64,000 bases of DNA from Bacillales bacterium UBA2753 (lineage in GTDB: Bacteria > Bacillota_I > Bacilli_A > RFN20 > CAG-826). The notes beneath the pieces were generated by a model. The model did not search any database and was not told the DNA's origin. It was given only the letters and a program-made list of their open reading frames with translations. The DNA is taken from positions 4,122 through 68,121 of the forward strand of contig DEJH01000026.1 in assembly GCA_002353275.1 (NCBI GenBank), read 5' to 3'. The translations under genes were made by a program, and so were the position numbers. Shown here one piece after another: positions 48,109 to 57,107 of the stretch. Within the stretch, counting starts at the first letter, position 1. Every line of letters begins with the position of its first letter.

Positions 48109-49074
48109 ATGAAAATCGCTAATCCTTTTGAAAGATTTGGGATTACCCAAGCCGATTATGATGGTAACGAAAATTATGGTCGTTTCATCATTGAACCACT
48201 TGAAAGAGGTTTTGGTTTAACCCTTGGTAATGCATTAAGAAGAGTTCTTCTTTCTGCTCTTCCAGGTGCTTCAGTTTATGCAATTGAAGTCGAAGGAGCT
48301 CAACATGAATTCTCTGCACTCCCAGGAGTTGAAGAAGACGTTACTTCTATCATCTTAAATTTAAAAGACTTAGTCTTAAAAATTGATGATGAAGATAACG
48401 CAAATAAGAGACTTGAAATCAATGTCGAAGGACCAAAAGTGGTCACCGGAGCAGACATCGTTTGCCCAACTGGTGTCACTGTCGTCAATAAAGAAGTCGA
48501 ACTTGCTCACGTTAGTGAAGGCGGCTCTTTACATATCGTCTTACATGCTCGTAATGGTAGAGGATATGTTACTGGAGAACAAAATAAAGTCTTACACCCT
48601 AACTTCCCAGTTGGAGTTATCGCTACAGATAGTAACTATTCCCCAGTTAGAAAAACAAATTACATCGTTGACAACACTCGTGTTGGTCACGATTCAAAAT
48701 TTGATAAGCTCACTCTTGAAGTTTGGACCGATGGTTCAATTCTTCCTCAAGAAGCAGTTGTCTGGGCTGCTGAATTATTAATTAAGCACTTAGAAAAATT
48801 CCTTAATCTTGCGGAAATTACTCAAGACATCAATATTGAGAAAGAAGAAGTTAAAGTCGAAGAAAATAAATACGAGAATATCACTATTGAAGATCTCGAT
48901 TTATCTGTCAGAAGCTATAACTGCTTGAAGAGAGCACAAATCTCCACTGTTCTTGAATTAACCGAGAAGAGTGAAGATGACATGATGAAAGTCAAAAATC
49001 TCGGTAAGAAATCCTTAAAAGAAATTAAGGAAAAACTTGCTTCGATTGGTTTATCATTCAAGGATTTCGAATAA
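48109..49074 (+). CDS. rpoA: DNA-directed RNA polymerase subunit alpha
   Basis: 321 aa with GNALRRVLLS and the C-terminal domain LSVRSYNCLKRA. Confidence 0.95.
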   Translation: MKIANPFERFGITQADYDGNENYGRFIIEPLERGFGLTLGNALRRVLLSALPGASVYAIEVEGAQHEFSALPGVEEDVTSIILNLKDLVLKIDDEDNANKRLEINVEGPKVVTGADIVCPTGVTVVNKEVELAHVSEGGSLHIVLHARNGRGYVTGEQNKVLHPNFPVGVIATDSNYSPVRKTNYIVDNTRVGHDSKFDKLTLEVWTDGSILPQEAVVWAAELLIKHLEKFLNLAEITQDINIEKEEVKVEENKYENITIEDLDLSVRSYNCLKRAQISTVLELTEKSEDDMMKVKNLGKKSLKEIKEKLASIGLSFKDFE

Positions 49075-49092
49075 TTTAGGAGGAAATGTATT

Positions 49093-49494
49093 ATGCCAGC
49101 ACAAGGTCGTAAAAATGTACATGGTAAAACCGGTGTTAGATTTAAAGCCGCCTATACCAAAAGTAAATATGAAAACATGCTTCGTAATGTCGTTACCGAT
49201 TTAATCATTCATGAATCCGTAAAAGTGACAGAAGCAGTTGCTAGAGATGTCGTTAAAGAAGCCGATAGATTAGTTTCTTTAACAAAAAAAGAAGATGTTA
49301 TGAACGCCAAAAGACAAGCTAGTAGATTCGTTAGAAATATCGAAGCTAGTGAAGGAGTCAGTGCGTTAGATAAACTCTTCAACGTTATCGGACCAAAATT
49401 TAAGAGCCGTAATGGTGGTTACACCCGTAGATTAAAACTTGAAAATAGACGTGGTGATGACGCCCCAGTCGTCTTAGTTACTTGGGTCGAATAA
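49093..49494 (+). CDS. rplQ: 50S ribosomal protein L17
   Basis: Last gene of the alpha operon, with NGGYTRRLKL. Confidence 0.9.
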   Translation: MPAQGRKNVHGKTGVRFKAAYTKSKYENMLRNVVTDLIIHESVKVTEAVARDVVKEADRLVSLTKKEDVMNAKRQASRFVRNIEASEGVSALDKLFNVIGPKFKSRNGGYTRRLKLENRRGDDAPVVLVTWVE

Positions 49495-49514
49495 TTGATC
49501 TCAAAAAATAAATT

Positions 49515-49538
49515 AGGAGTAGCAATACTCCTTTTTTG
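49515..49538 (+). terminator. intrinsic terminator of the ribosomal cluster
   Basis: AGGAGTA-GCAA-TACTCCT hairpin followed by TTTTTT. Confidence 0.8.
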
Positions 49539-49539
49539 T

Positions 49540-49568
49540 TTGACATCACTATACGTGGGTGTTAATTT
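49540..49568 (+). promoter_or_regulatory. candidate promoter (extended -10) giving a very short leader
   Basis: TTGACA, N17 (ending TGt), then TAATTT. The -10 ends 10 nt before ATG 49579 and there is no SD. Confidence 0.4.
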
Positions 49569-49578
49569 TTAATTAAAT

Positions 49579-51528
49579 ATGATTAGTGAACATAAAGCGA
49601 TAAGAGACTATACCTCATATAGCTATGAAATAGACCATAACCCATATCAGATTCATTCATATAATGAAAAAGGACATAACGGCAAAGTAATTGTTTTCCC
49701 TGTTTTCCATTATGAAGGAGATAAACAATATTTTGATTTATTAAATCCTCTTTTAAAACAAGACTACCATATCGTCACTATTAAATTTATTAATAAGGGC
49801 GATCGAGTTCTTTTCTTTAATTATTATGCAAATATCTTTACTCGAATTTTAAATTTCATCTTTAAAGAAGAAATCATCAAAGAACAAGAAGAATTCATCG
49901 TCATGGGTTTTGGAGTTGGAGCGTTATTATCTTCTTATTTACAAAATTCTTCATATAACGAAAAGATCAAGAAGATGATTTTAATCTCCCCACTTAATAA
50001 ATATAAAGATGAATATATGATTTCTCATGACATCTTTAAATTTAAGATTCCTACTTATATCTTTTTTGGCCAACTCGATAAAGTTGTTAATGTTGAATCT
50101 CGATATGCGATGTTTGAAAAAGGACATCTAAATAAAAATGTTAAATTCTTCTCTTATCCAATTACAGGACACTTCTTATATTATGAACACAAATTATCAA
50201 GAGATCTTGAAGAGAGCTATCGAGAAAATTTCTATGATTTGATCTTAGGGGAAAGTAGTCGATATAAAACAAGTTATCTTCCAGATGAAATTGAATATAA
50301 TGAACTATTCTTTTCTCATTTAAATTCTGCTTTATTAGATAAACCTTTACCAAAAAGGATTGGTTTATTAACTGATGTCTTTCCATTATTCACTAATGGG
50401 GTATCCACTGTCGTTAATCTATTACAAAAAGAATTAACAAAATTAGGATATGAAACATATATCATCGCGTTATGGGATAAAAATGTAAATATTGGTCAAT
50501 TACCTAAAGAATATATTCCAGTATTTGGCTCTCCTGCTCGACTCATAAAAGGACATAAAGAATTACATCTATTAAAGAGTTTCTCTTTCCAAAGAAATGC
50601 AAAAATGCTTTCTATTTTTGGATTTGATTATCTCCATTTGCACACCGAATATTCAATGAGTCAAACCGCTTTAATGTTAGCCAAATATACTGGCATCAAA
50701 ATGGTGTATACCTATCACACCTTATGGAAGTTATATTACGAACATCAATTCGGTAAATTAGTGGGTGATGTGACTCATGCTGCCGCTAAAGAATTATTCT
50801 TTAATCGCGTATATAAAGAATGTCCATTAATTATTGTTCCTTCTTATAAGAGTTATGAAATATTAAAAGAAGAAGCCGGAAGTAAAGATATCCGTATTTT
50901 ACCTAGTGCGATTAATATTGAAAGATTCAAAGTCACCAAAGACGATTATCCTCAAATCAACGAATTAATTAAGAAATATGATTTAAAAGATAAGCATGTT
51001 CTTGGCTATGTTGGAAGAGTCTCAATGGAGAAGAATATCTTTGAGACATTAGAATATATCTCTAGAATCAAAAGTGAGATTCATAATCTCGTCTTTATGA
51101 TTGTGGGAGTAGGGGATGCGATTAAGGCTATTAAAAAAGAGATTAAGAGATTAGATATTGAAGATAATGTGATCTTTGTTGGACAAGTAGATAACGACAA
51201 ACTTAAATATTATTATTCATTATTTGATGTCTTTGTGACTGCTTCTAATTTTGAAACCCAAGGCTTAACTTATTTTGAAGCCGCAACAACTGGGACATTA
51301 ATTCTCGCTAAAAACGATAAGGCTCTTGAAGGAATCTTTAAAGATGGAGTTAACGCCTATATCTATCAAGATTTTGATCAATGGGTGAATCGAATCGAAA
51401 AAGCATTATTTGAAGATAATCATAAGATAGTAAACGAAGCGAAAAACACGATGAAACAATACGCTCCTGAAAAATGGGCAAACACGATGCTATCGTATTA
51501 TCAAGAACTTAACGACAAAAAGGAGTAG
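49579..51528 (+). CDS. fusion protein: alpha/beta-hydrolase-like N-domain + GT4 glycosyltransferase (diacylglycerol glycosyltransferase-like)
   Basis: Residues ~1-250 have an alpha/beta-hydrolase layout, but the nucleophile elbow reads GFGVG. Residues ~255-649 are GT4 (RIGLLTDVFPLFTNGVSTVV N-terminus, EXXXXXXE-type region FETQGLTYFEA). Confidence 0.7.
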   Translation: MISEHKAIRDYTSYSYEIDHNPYQIHSYNEKGHNGKVIVFPVFHYEGDKQYFDLLNPLLKQDYHIVTIKFINKGDRVLFFNYYANIFTRILNFIFKEEIIKEQEEFIVMGFGVGALLSSYLQNSSYNEKIKKMILISPLNKYKDEYMISHDIFKFKIPTYIFFGQLDKVVNVESRYAMFEKGHLNKNVKFFSYPITGHFLYYEHKLSRDLEESYRENFYDLILGESSRYKTSYLPDEIEYNELFFSHLNSALLDKPLPKRIGLLTDVFPLFTNGVSTVVNLLQKELTKLGYETYIIALWDKNVNIGQLPKEYIPVFGSPARLIKGHKELHLLKSFSFQRNAKMLSIFGFDYLHLHTEYSMSQTALMLAKYTGIKMVYTYHTLWKLYYEHQFGKLVGDVTHAAAKELFFNRVYKECPLIIVPSYKSYEILKEEAGSKDIRILPSAINIERFKVTKDDYPQINELIKKYDLKDKHVLGYVGRVSMEKNIFETLEYISRIKSEIHNLVFMIVGVGDAIKAIKKEIKRLDIEDNVIFVGQVDNDKLKYYYSLFDVFVTASNFETQGLTYFEAATTGTLILAKNDKALEGIFKDGVNAYIYQDFDQWVNRIEKALFEDNHKIVNEAKNTMKQYAPEKWANTMLSYYQELNDKKE

Positions 51529-51543
51529 AAATACTCTTTTTTC
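51523..51543 (+). terminator. intrinsic terminator
   Basis: GAGTA-GAAA-TACTC hairpin (it includes the TAG stop) followed by TTTTTT. Confidence 0.65.
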
Positions 51544-51630
51544 TTAAAAAAATCACTATTCAATGTCTTTGAGTTATATTAGAATAAAACCAAGGATATT
51601 TCTTTTAAATACGTTTAAGGAGGATTTTTG

Positions 51631-52839
51631 ATGTCCGAAAAGTACCTAAAAGAATATGAAGTCGGGTATACCCCTAGATTAGTCATGGAAGAGGCAAGTC
51701 GTTGCCTTCTTTGTCATGACGCTCCATGTTCAAAAGCTTGTCCTGCTGGAACAGATCCAGCAAAATTCATTCGTTCTGTACGCTTTAAAAACGTTAAAGG
51801 TGCAGCTGAAACTGTCAGAATTAATAATATCTTAGGAGCTATCTGTGCTCGTGTTTGTCCAACCGAAAGATATTGTCAACAAGGTTGCTCAAGAAGCGGG
51901 ATTGATAAACCAATTGATATTGGAAGAATTCAAAGATATGTCACTGATAGTGAAGACGCTCTCAAGATGAATATCTTAGAAGTCAAACCAAGAAATGGCA
52001 AGAAAGTTGCTGTTATTGGTAGTGGCCCAGCTGGTTTATCAGTTGCGGGTTATCTCGCTATGGAAGGATATGAAGTCAAAGTCTTTGAAAAAGAAGCAAA
52101 GGCTGGAGGCTACTTAAGATATGGCATCCCTGAATATCGTTTACCTTCCTCAGTGGTTGATAAAGAAATTAAACGCATTGAAAAACTCGGTGTTGTGATT
52201 GAATGCAATCATCCAGTTGAAGATGTGAAAGCGCTTAAGAAAGAATTTGACGCAGTGGTTGTCGCTGTTGGTCACTCTAAAGGTAAAGTCTTACCAATGT
52301 TTGCTGGTAAGAGATTTGTGAAGACCGCAGTTGATTTCCTTCACGAAGCTAAGAGAAGAAAAGGAAACATCAAAGTTCCAGAACACGTTTTAGTTATCGG
52401 TGGTGGAGATGTTGCGATGGATACAGTCACTACCCTTAAATTATTAGGTGTTAAACAAGTTACAGATGTTGTTTATGAAACTTTCTCTGAATTTAAAGCA
52501 AGTAAGAAAGAACTTGAAGGAGCACAAAAAGAAGGAGTCTCCATCATTGATGGATATGTCCCAGTGGCTCTTAAAGGTAAGAAAGTGGTGTTCACTCATC
52601 GCTTTGTTCCAGCTAAACTCGAAGTTAAAGCAGATTTAATTATTCTCGCTGTTGGTCAATATACCGAAGCTGGCTTACTTGGCTATGAAGTTAATAAACT
52701 CCAAGAAGTTGAAAAGACTGAACCAGGAGTCTTCGCTTGTGGCGATGTCTCTAAAGGTGGAGAGAAGACAGTTGTCTATGCTGTTAGAAGCGGTAAAGAA
52801 GTCGCTTATGCAGTTAAAAAATATTTAGGAGGTAAATAA
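51631..52839 (+). CDS. preT: PreT-like dihydropyrimidine dehydrogenase subunit (glutamate synthase small-subunit family)
   Basis: N-terminal Fe-S cysteines ([16 protein letters not shown]), [10 protein letters not shown] and GGGDVAMD dinucleotide motifs. ATG 51631 is 7 nt after the AAGGAGG SD. Confidence 0.75.
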   Translation: MSEKYLKEYEVGYTPRLVMEEASRCLLCHDAPCSKACPAGTDPAKFIRSVRFKNVKGAAETVRINNILGAICARVCPTERYCQQGCSRSGIDKPIDIGRIQRYVTDSEDALKMNILEVKPRNGKKVAVIGSGPAGLSVAGYLAMEGYEVKVFEKEAKAGGYLRYGIPEYRLPSSVVDKEIKRIEKLGVVIECNHPVEDVKALKKEFDAVVVAVGHSKGKVLPMFAGKRFVKTAVDFLHEAKRRKGNIKVPEHVLVIGGGDVAMDTVTTLKLLGVKQVTDVVYETFSEFKASKKELEGAQKEGVSIIDGYVPVALKGKKVVFTHRFVPAKLEVKADLIILAVGQYTEAGLLGYEVNKLQEVEKTEPGVFACGDVSKGGEKTVVYAVRSGKEVAYAVKKYLGGK

Positions 52840-52841
52840 TC

Positions 52842-54089
52842 ATGGTAAAGAAAGATTTAAGTATCACCTTCTTAGGTGTTAAATTCCCAAACCCATTCTG
52901 TTTATCTTCTTCTCCAGTCGGTAATGACTATGATATGTGTAAGAAGGCATATGATGTCGGTTGGGGTGGTATCGTCTTTAAAACCATCGGACCTAAATCA
53001 TATGTGATTAACGAAGTTTCTCCTCGTTTTGACACTCTTTCAAAAGAAGGCGAACCATTTGTTGGCTTTAAAAACATGGAACAAATCGCTGAGCACTCTT
53101 TAGAAGAGAACTTAGCAGATTTGAAGAGATTAAAGAAAGAATATCCTGATAAAGTATTAATCGCCTCCATCATGGGTAATGATGAAGAAACTTGGGAAGA
53201 TCTCGCTAGAAAAGTTACTGAAGCAGGAGCGGATATGATTGAAATGAACTTATCCTGTCCTCAAATGACTTCTCACGCGATGGGAAGTGATGTTGGTTCT
53301 AACCCAGAACTTTGTAAGAAATATTGCCAAGCCGTTAAACGTGGTTCTAAACTCCCAATGATGGCAAAGATGACACCAAATATCACTGATATGGTGGAAG
53401 TCGCTAAAGCGTGTTTAGAAGGTGGAGCGGATGGTATTGCCGCAATTAACACCATTAAATCCATTTGTAATATTGATTTACAAAAGAAGATTGGTATGCC
53501 AATCGTTAACGGAAAATCTGCCATTTCTGGATATTCTGGAAAAGCAGTTAAACCTGTTGCCTTAAGATTCATCCAACAACTCAGAGTTGGCATTCCAGGA
53601 GTGGAAATCTCAGGTATCGGTGGATGTGAAACTTGGGAAGACGCTGCTGAATTCATTTTAGTCGGTGCAAAAACCATTCAAGTTACTACCGGAATTATGC
53701 AATACGGCTATCGTATCGTTGAAGATATGTGTAATGGCTTAATGCATTATATGGAAGAACAACGTGTTGATTCATTAGAAGAACTTGTTGGCAAGGCCAA
53801 TAAAAATATCATTCCAGCTGAAGAACTTGATAGAGATTACATTGTCTATCCTCAAATCGATGAAGATAAATGTGTCGGTTGTGGAAGATGCTATATCTCT
53901 TGTTATGATGGTGCTCACCAAGCGATGGAATGGGATGAAGATAAACGTAGACCTCATTGCAATCACGACAAATGTGTTGGCTGCTTGCTCTGTGGACATG
54001 TCTGTCCTGTCGGCGCTATTTCTCAAGGTGAAATCGTCTTTAAAAAGACTGCTAAACCTGGAAGAAAGATTAAAGACATCAGACTTTAA
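52842..54089 (+). CDS. preA: PreA-like dihydropyrimidine dehydrogenase subunit (DHODH-like + 2x[4Fe-4S])
   Basis: DHODH-like barrel (LSCPQM...) plus [11 protein letters not shown] and [12 protein letters not shown]. Confidence 0.8.
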   Translation: MVKKDLSITFLGVKFPNPFCLSSSPVGNDYDMCKKAYDVGWGGIVFKTIGPKSYVINEVSPRFDTLSKEGEPFVGFKNMEQIAEHSLEENLADLKRLKKEYPDKVLIASIMGNDEETWEDLARKVTEAGADMIEMNLSCPQMTSHAMGSDVGSNPELCKKYCQAVKRGSKLPMMAKMTPNITDMVEVAKACLEGGADGIAAINTIKSICNIDLQKKIGMPIVNGKSAISGYSGKAVKPVALRFIQQLRVGIPGVEISGIGGCETWEDAAEFILVGAKTIQVTTGIMQYGYRIVEDMCNGLMHYMEEQRVDSLEELVGKANKNIIPAEELDRDYIVYPQIDEDKCVGCGRCYISCYDGAHQAMEWDEDKRRPHCNHDKCVGCLLCGHVCPVGAISQGEIVFKKTAKPGRKIKDIRL

Positions 54090-54093
54090 TTAT

Positions 54094-54260
54094 AGTGACA
54101 TACTACCACCGCTTATAGAAGTGGGGGCTTCTTGCTCGATGACTCTAATGAGCCAAGCATAAACAAGCTATCCGGATGTGTCCCATCCTTAGTAAGTATT
54201 TCAATTCCCTTACGCAGAATATTTTTAGCTGCGTTTATATCTCGATCATGGACCATTCCA
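54094..54260 (-). ncRNA. predicted omega (right-end) RNA of TnpB; extent is a guess
   Basis: By analogy with characterised TnpB systems, the guide RNA scaffold overlaps the tnpB 3' end and the right end. The RE-like GTGGGGGCTTCTTGCT element lies inside the tnpB 3' coding region. Confidence 0.3.
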
Positions 54261-55270
54261 CAGTTTGGACAGGTCCATTTTCTTACTCTTAAATCTTTAG
54301 TGAGAGGATTTTGATAAGTACAGTAACTACATAATTGACTACTTGGATAATTAGTAGGAACCTTAACTATAGTGTTACCATACCAACTAGCCTTATAAAT
54401 AAGCATAGAAACAAATCTAGACCAACTAGCATCATGAATGCTTCTAGCGAGTTTAGTGTTTCTACTCATATTTTTCACTTTCAGGTCTTCAATACAAATG
54501 ATTTGGTTTTCATCAATTATATTTCGAGAAAGTTTATGTAAATAGTCGTTGCGTTGATTTTCTATTTTCTTATGAATTTTAGCAACTTTAATTCTTTGCT
54601 TATTACGGTTTTTACTACCTTTTTTCATAAGAGATAATTTTCTTTGTTCTCTAGAAAGTTTATTTTGCGATTTAGTTAAGTATTTATGATTTTTATATTT
54701 ATTCCCATTTGAGTCAATAATTAACTCTTTAATACCTAAATCTAGCCCAATCGCATTATCTAAAAATTTAATAGATTCAGAATTCTCCTCAACAAGTAAA
54801 GAAATATAATACTTCTCATCCGTAGTCTTACTAACTGTTATAGATTTAATCTCACCTATAAAGTTACGATGTTTCTTTATTCTAATACGATGGCATTTAG
54901 GAATAGAGATATATCTGTCGTTAGAAGAGAACTTCACACTTCCCTGATTGTTAGTGGTATAGCTCTGATAATTCCTTTTTGATTTATATTTAGGAAAACA
55001 ATTTTGCTTTTTATAAAATAGTTTAAAAGCTGCGTTTCTTGCCAATTGAGCGTTACATAAGGCTAAAGAATCAACTTCTTTTAAAAATGGATAATCTTTT
55101 TTATATCTAGCGGGAGTAATATTTTCATTTTTACCAGTAGATTTATATATCTCAATCATATCTGAAAGAGACTTATTATAGAAAAACCTTACACATCCAA
55201 AAACTCTAGAGAAATATTCCTTCTGAGCCACATTAGGATAGATGCGAAATTTATAAGCTTTTCTAATCAT
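54113..55270 (-). CDS. tnpB: TnpB (IS605 OrfB) RuvC-like RNA-guided nuclease
   Basis: MIRKAYKFRIYPN start; RuvC triad candidates GLDLGIK, CIEDLKV and DRDINAAKNI; zinc finger CSYC...CPNCG. Confidence 0.9.
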   Translation of the reverse strand: MIRKAYKFRIYPNVAQKEYFSRVFGCVRFFYNKSLSDMIEIYKSTGKNENITPARYKKDYPFLKEVDSLALCNAQLARNAAFKLFYKKQNCFPKYKSKRNYQSYTTNNQGSVKFSSNDRYISIPKCHRIRIKKHRNFIGEIKSITVSKTTDEKYYISLLVEENSESIKFLDNAIGLDLGIKELIIDSNGNKYKNHKYLTKSQNKLSREQRKLSLMKKGSKNRNKQRIKVAKIHKKIENQRNDYLHKLSRNIIDENQIICIEDLKVKNMSRNTKLARSIHDASWSRFVSMLIYKASWYGNTIVKVPTNYPSSQLCSYCTYQNPLTKDLRVRKWTCPNCGMVHDRDINAAKNILRKGIEILTKDGTHPDSLFMLGSLESSSKKPPLL

Positions 55271-55302
55271 AAACCTCCTAATTCAAGGAGCTAGATTAGT
55301 TA

Positions 55303-55698
55303 TCATTCTCCTTGAGATTCGATATATTTCTTGATTGTCTCAATATTAGCCCCACCTGTAGAGATAAGGCAGAAAGATTGAGACCAGAATGCTTCTTTAT
55401 ATAGTCTAGATCTAATAGAAGGATAATCTTTCTTTATTAGTCTAGAAGAAGCAGACTTATAAGCATTGATGAACTTAGAAATATTAGAATTTGGTTCACT
55501 ACAAAATAAAATGTGAACATGATCCAAATCATGGTTCCATTCTTCAAGAGCAATATTATAATTACCCTCAATACTCCTAAATATCCCTTTTAACCTTTCA
55601 GATATTTCATCATTTATCACTTTTCTTCGGTATTTAACTACCAAGATTAGATGAAAATGAATCGCGAATACTGAATGGTTATTAGTCCTCAATTCCAC
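55303..55698 (-). CDS. tnpA: IS200/IS605 Y1 (HUH) transposase TnpA
   Basis: 131 aa with HFHLILVVKYRRK, the HUH motif HVHILF, and the C-terminal KKYIESQ tyrosine. Confidence 0.9.
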   Translation of the reverse strand: MELRTNNHSVFAIHFHLILVVKYRRKVINDEISERLKGIFRSIEGNYNIALEEWNHDLDHVHILFCSEPNSNISKFINAYKSASSRLIKKDYPSIRSRLYKEAFWSQSFCLISTGGANIETIKKYIESQGE

Positions 55699-55872
55699 AT
55701 TAATATTATATCATTATTTATAATTATATAAAAGGATAGAATAACTATTTTTGTACTTATTACGACTGAATGTAATAATTGCAATTCATCCCCCACCTGT
55801 AGAGGTATCCATCAATTTAGCAAATTGCTGTGGGGGACTTCTTGCTTGAATATGTTAAAATCTTAATTTATT

Positions 55873-55900
55873 AGAGGGACTTGTTCCCTCTTTTAATTTT
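55873..55900 (+). terminator. plus-strand intrinsic terminator stranded beyond the IS (probable original preTA terminator)
   Basis: AGAGGGA-CTTGT-TCCCTCT hairpin followed by TTTAATTTT. It is functional only in + orientation, and the nearest upstream + gene is preA. Confidence 0.6.
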
Positions 55901-56113
55901 TACTTACATGGCATGTATGTGTTCATATATAATGCGTGTATAAGAAATTAGTCAAAAAGCTTTTTCTCATATCAAATATCTAAAATCGGAAAAGGTTAGC
56001 CATAGCGATCAATACTTTGCTTTTAGGAATAAATCCAAAATTGAATACTTGAAACTAAAAAAAGAAGATAATGTTGTAAATACATTTATTAGGGATTTAA
56101 TGAGGAAGAAAAA

Positions 56114-56986
56114 ATGATTAGTTTTGTTGATGTTGAATTATTGAAAAAGAAGTTTGCTACTTTATTATCGAAATTATATTTTGGTGCTTCGATTGGTTTA
56201 GAAAACATTTCAGAAAAAATCATCGATTCAGATTATTTTCTTTGTTTTGAATTCAATAACATAGAGAAATTTATGTCCCAGAATTATGAAGATATTTGTT
56301 ATGAACTTTTTGGCTGCAGATTCAATAAAGATGTAAATGATATTGGACCTATTTATTGGTCTGGAATTCAGTACATGAACATCATGCTTAATTGTGATAT
56401 TCCTTTAAAAACTATCTTCTTACTTTGTCCACTTCAAGAAATGGTTACATATTTTGATGTTTATCACGAGATGAATGAGAGCAAGATGATTGAAAGGTTT
56501 ATGGAAATTATTAAAGATAAATCGATTCTTAAAGAGTTGCGTAAAAGAGTGCGTCTCTCTAATCGACAGATTTATGATTTGACTAATATTGATGAAAACA
56601 CACTACGATATTTAGAAATAAATCACCATCTTTTTAGGACTGCTGAATGGAAAATTCTTCGTTTAACTTGTGCGTTAAACGCCGATGATTCTTTTTTCAG
56701 AAGACATAGTTTTTTCCTTCCTTTATCTCCATATTTATTTTCGAATCACGAATTCCTTACTTTGCTATCAAAGAAAATTTCTAAGATATATTTAAACGAG
56801 GAAATTGATAATATTCCAATTGATTTTTCCAAAGGAAAAGGCGACACATATCTCTACATAAATTCACCATCATTATTACTTTACAAAAATCGAAAATATG
56901 AAGTTGAAGATTTTGTTTTACATTTCATTTTTGCCTCTTCAATTAGAGAGTTATTAAGTAGCAATAAAAATAATCTATTGTTCTAA
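56114..56986 (+). CDS. 290-aa hypothetical protein with a possible central helix-turn-helix
   Basis: GAGGAAG SD. The segment LRKRVRLSNRQIYDLTNIDENTLRYLE resembles an XRE-type HTH. No family recognised. Confidence 0.45.
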   Translation: MISFVDVELLKKKFATLLSKLYFGASIGLENISEKIIDSDYFLCFEFNNIEKFMSQNYEDICYELFGCRFNKDVNDIGPIYWSGIQYMNIMLNCDIPLKTIFLLCPLQEMVTYFDVYHEMNESKMIERFMEIIKDKSILKELRKRVRLSNRQIYDLTNIDENTLRYLEINHHLFRTAEWKILRLTCALNADDSFFRRHSFFLPLSPYLFSNHEFLTLLSKKISKIYLNEEIDNIPIDFSKGKGDTYLYINSPSLLLYKNRKYEVEDFVLHFIFASSIRELLSSNKNNLLF

Positions 56987-57033
56987 TCTTTTGTTTTTTC
57001 TTCATAGAACTTTTTTCGATTTCGCTTTTTGTA

Positions 57034-57062
57034 TTGATATGAAAATACATATCAAATAAAAT
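57034..57062 (+). promoter_or_regulatory. candidate hydrogenase operon promoter overlapped by a perfect 8-bp inverted repeat
   Basis: TTGATA-N17-TAAAAT. The inverted repeat TTGATATG-N6-CATATCAA spans 57034-57055. Confidence 0.4.
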
Positions 57063-57107
57063 ATATTCGTTTAACTATTACTTTTGTAATAGAAAATGGA
57101 GGTAATT

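Larger units (their letters stand above)
54094..55858 (-). mobile_element. IS200/IS605-family insertion sequence (tnpA + tnpB); ends approximate (+/- ~10 nt)
   Basis: Y1 transposase and TnpB genes are in tandem. A subterminal hairpin CCCCCAC...GTGGGGG lies at 55790-55836. Both ends share GTGGGGG(A)CTTCTTGCT (54121-54136 and 55830-55846). No terminal inverted repeats are seen, as expected for this family. Confidence 0.75.

Noticed and set aside
57034-57055. The hydrogenase promoter palindrome as a Rex operator.
   Set aside because: The half-sites and spacing (TTGATATG-N6-CATATCAA) differ from the Rex consensus as I remember it (TTGTGA-N6-TCACAA). It is kept only as an unassigned operator candidate.
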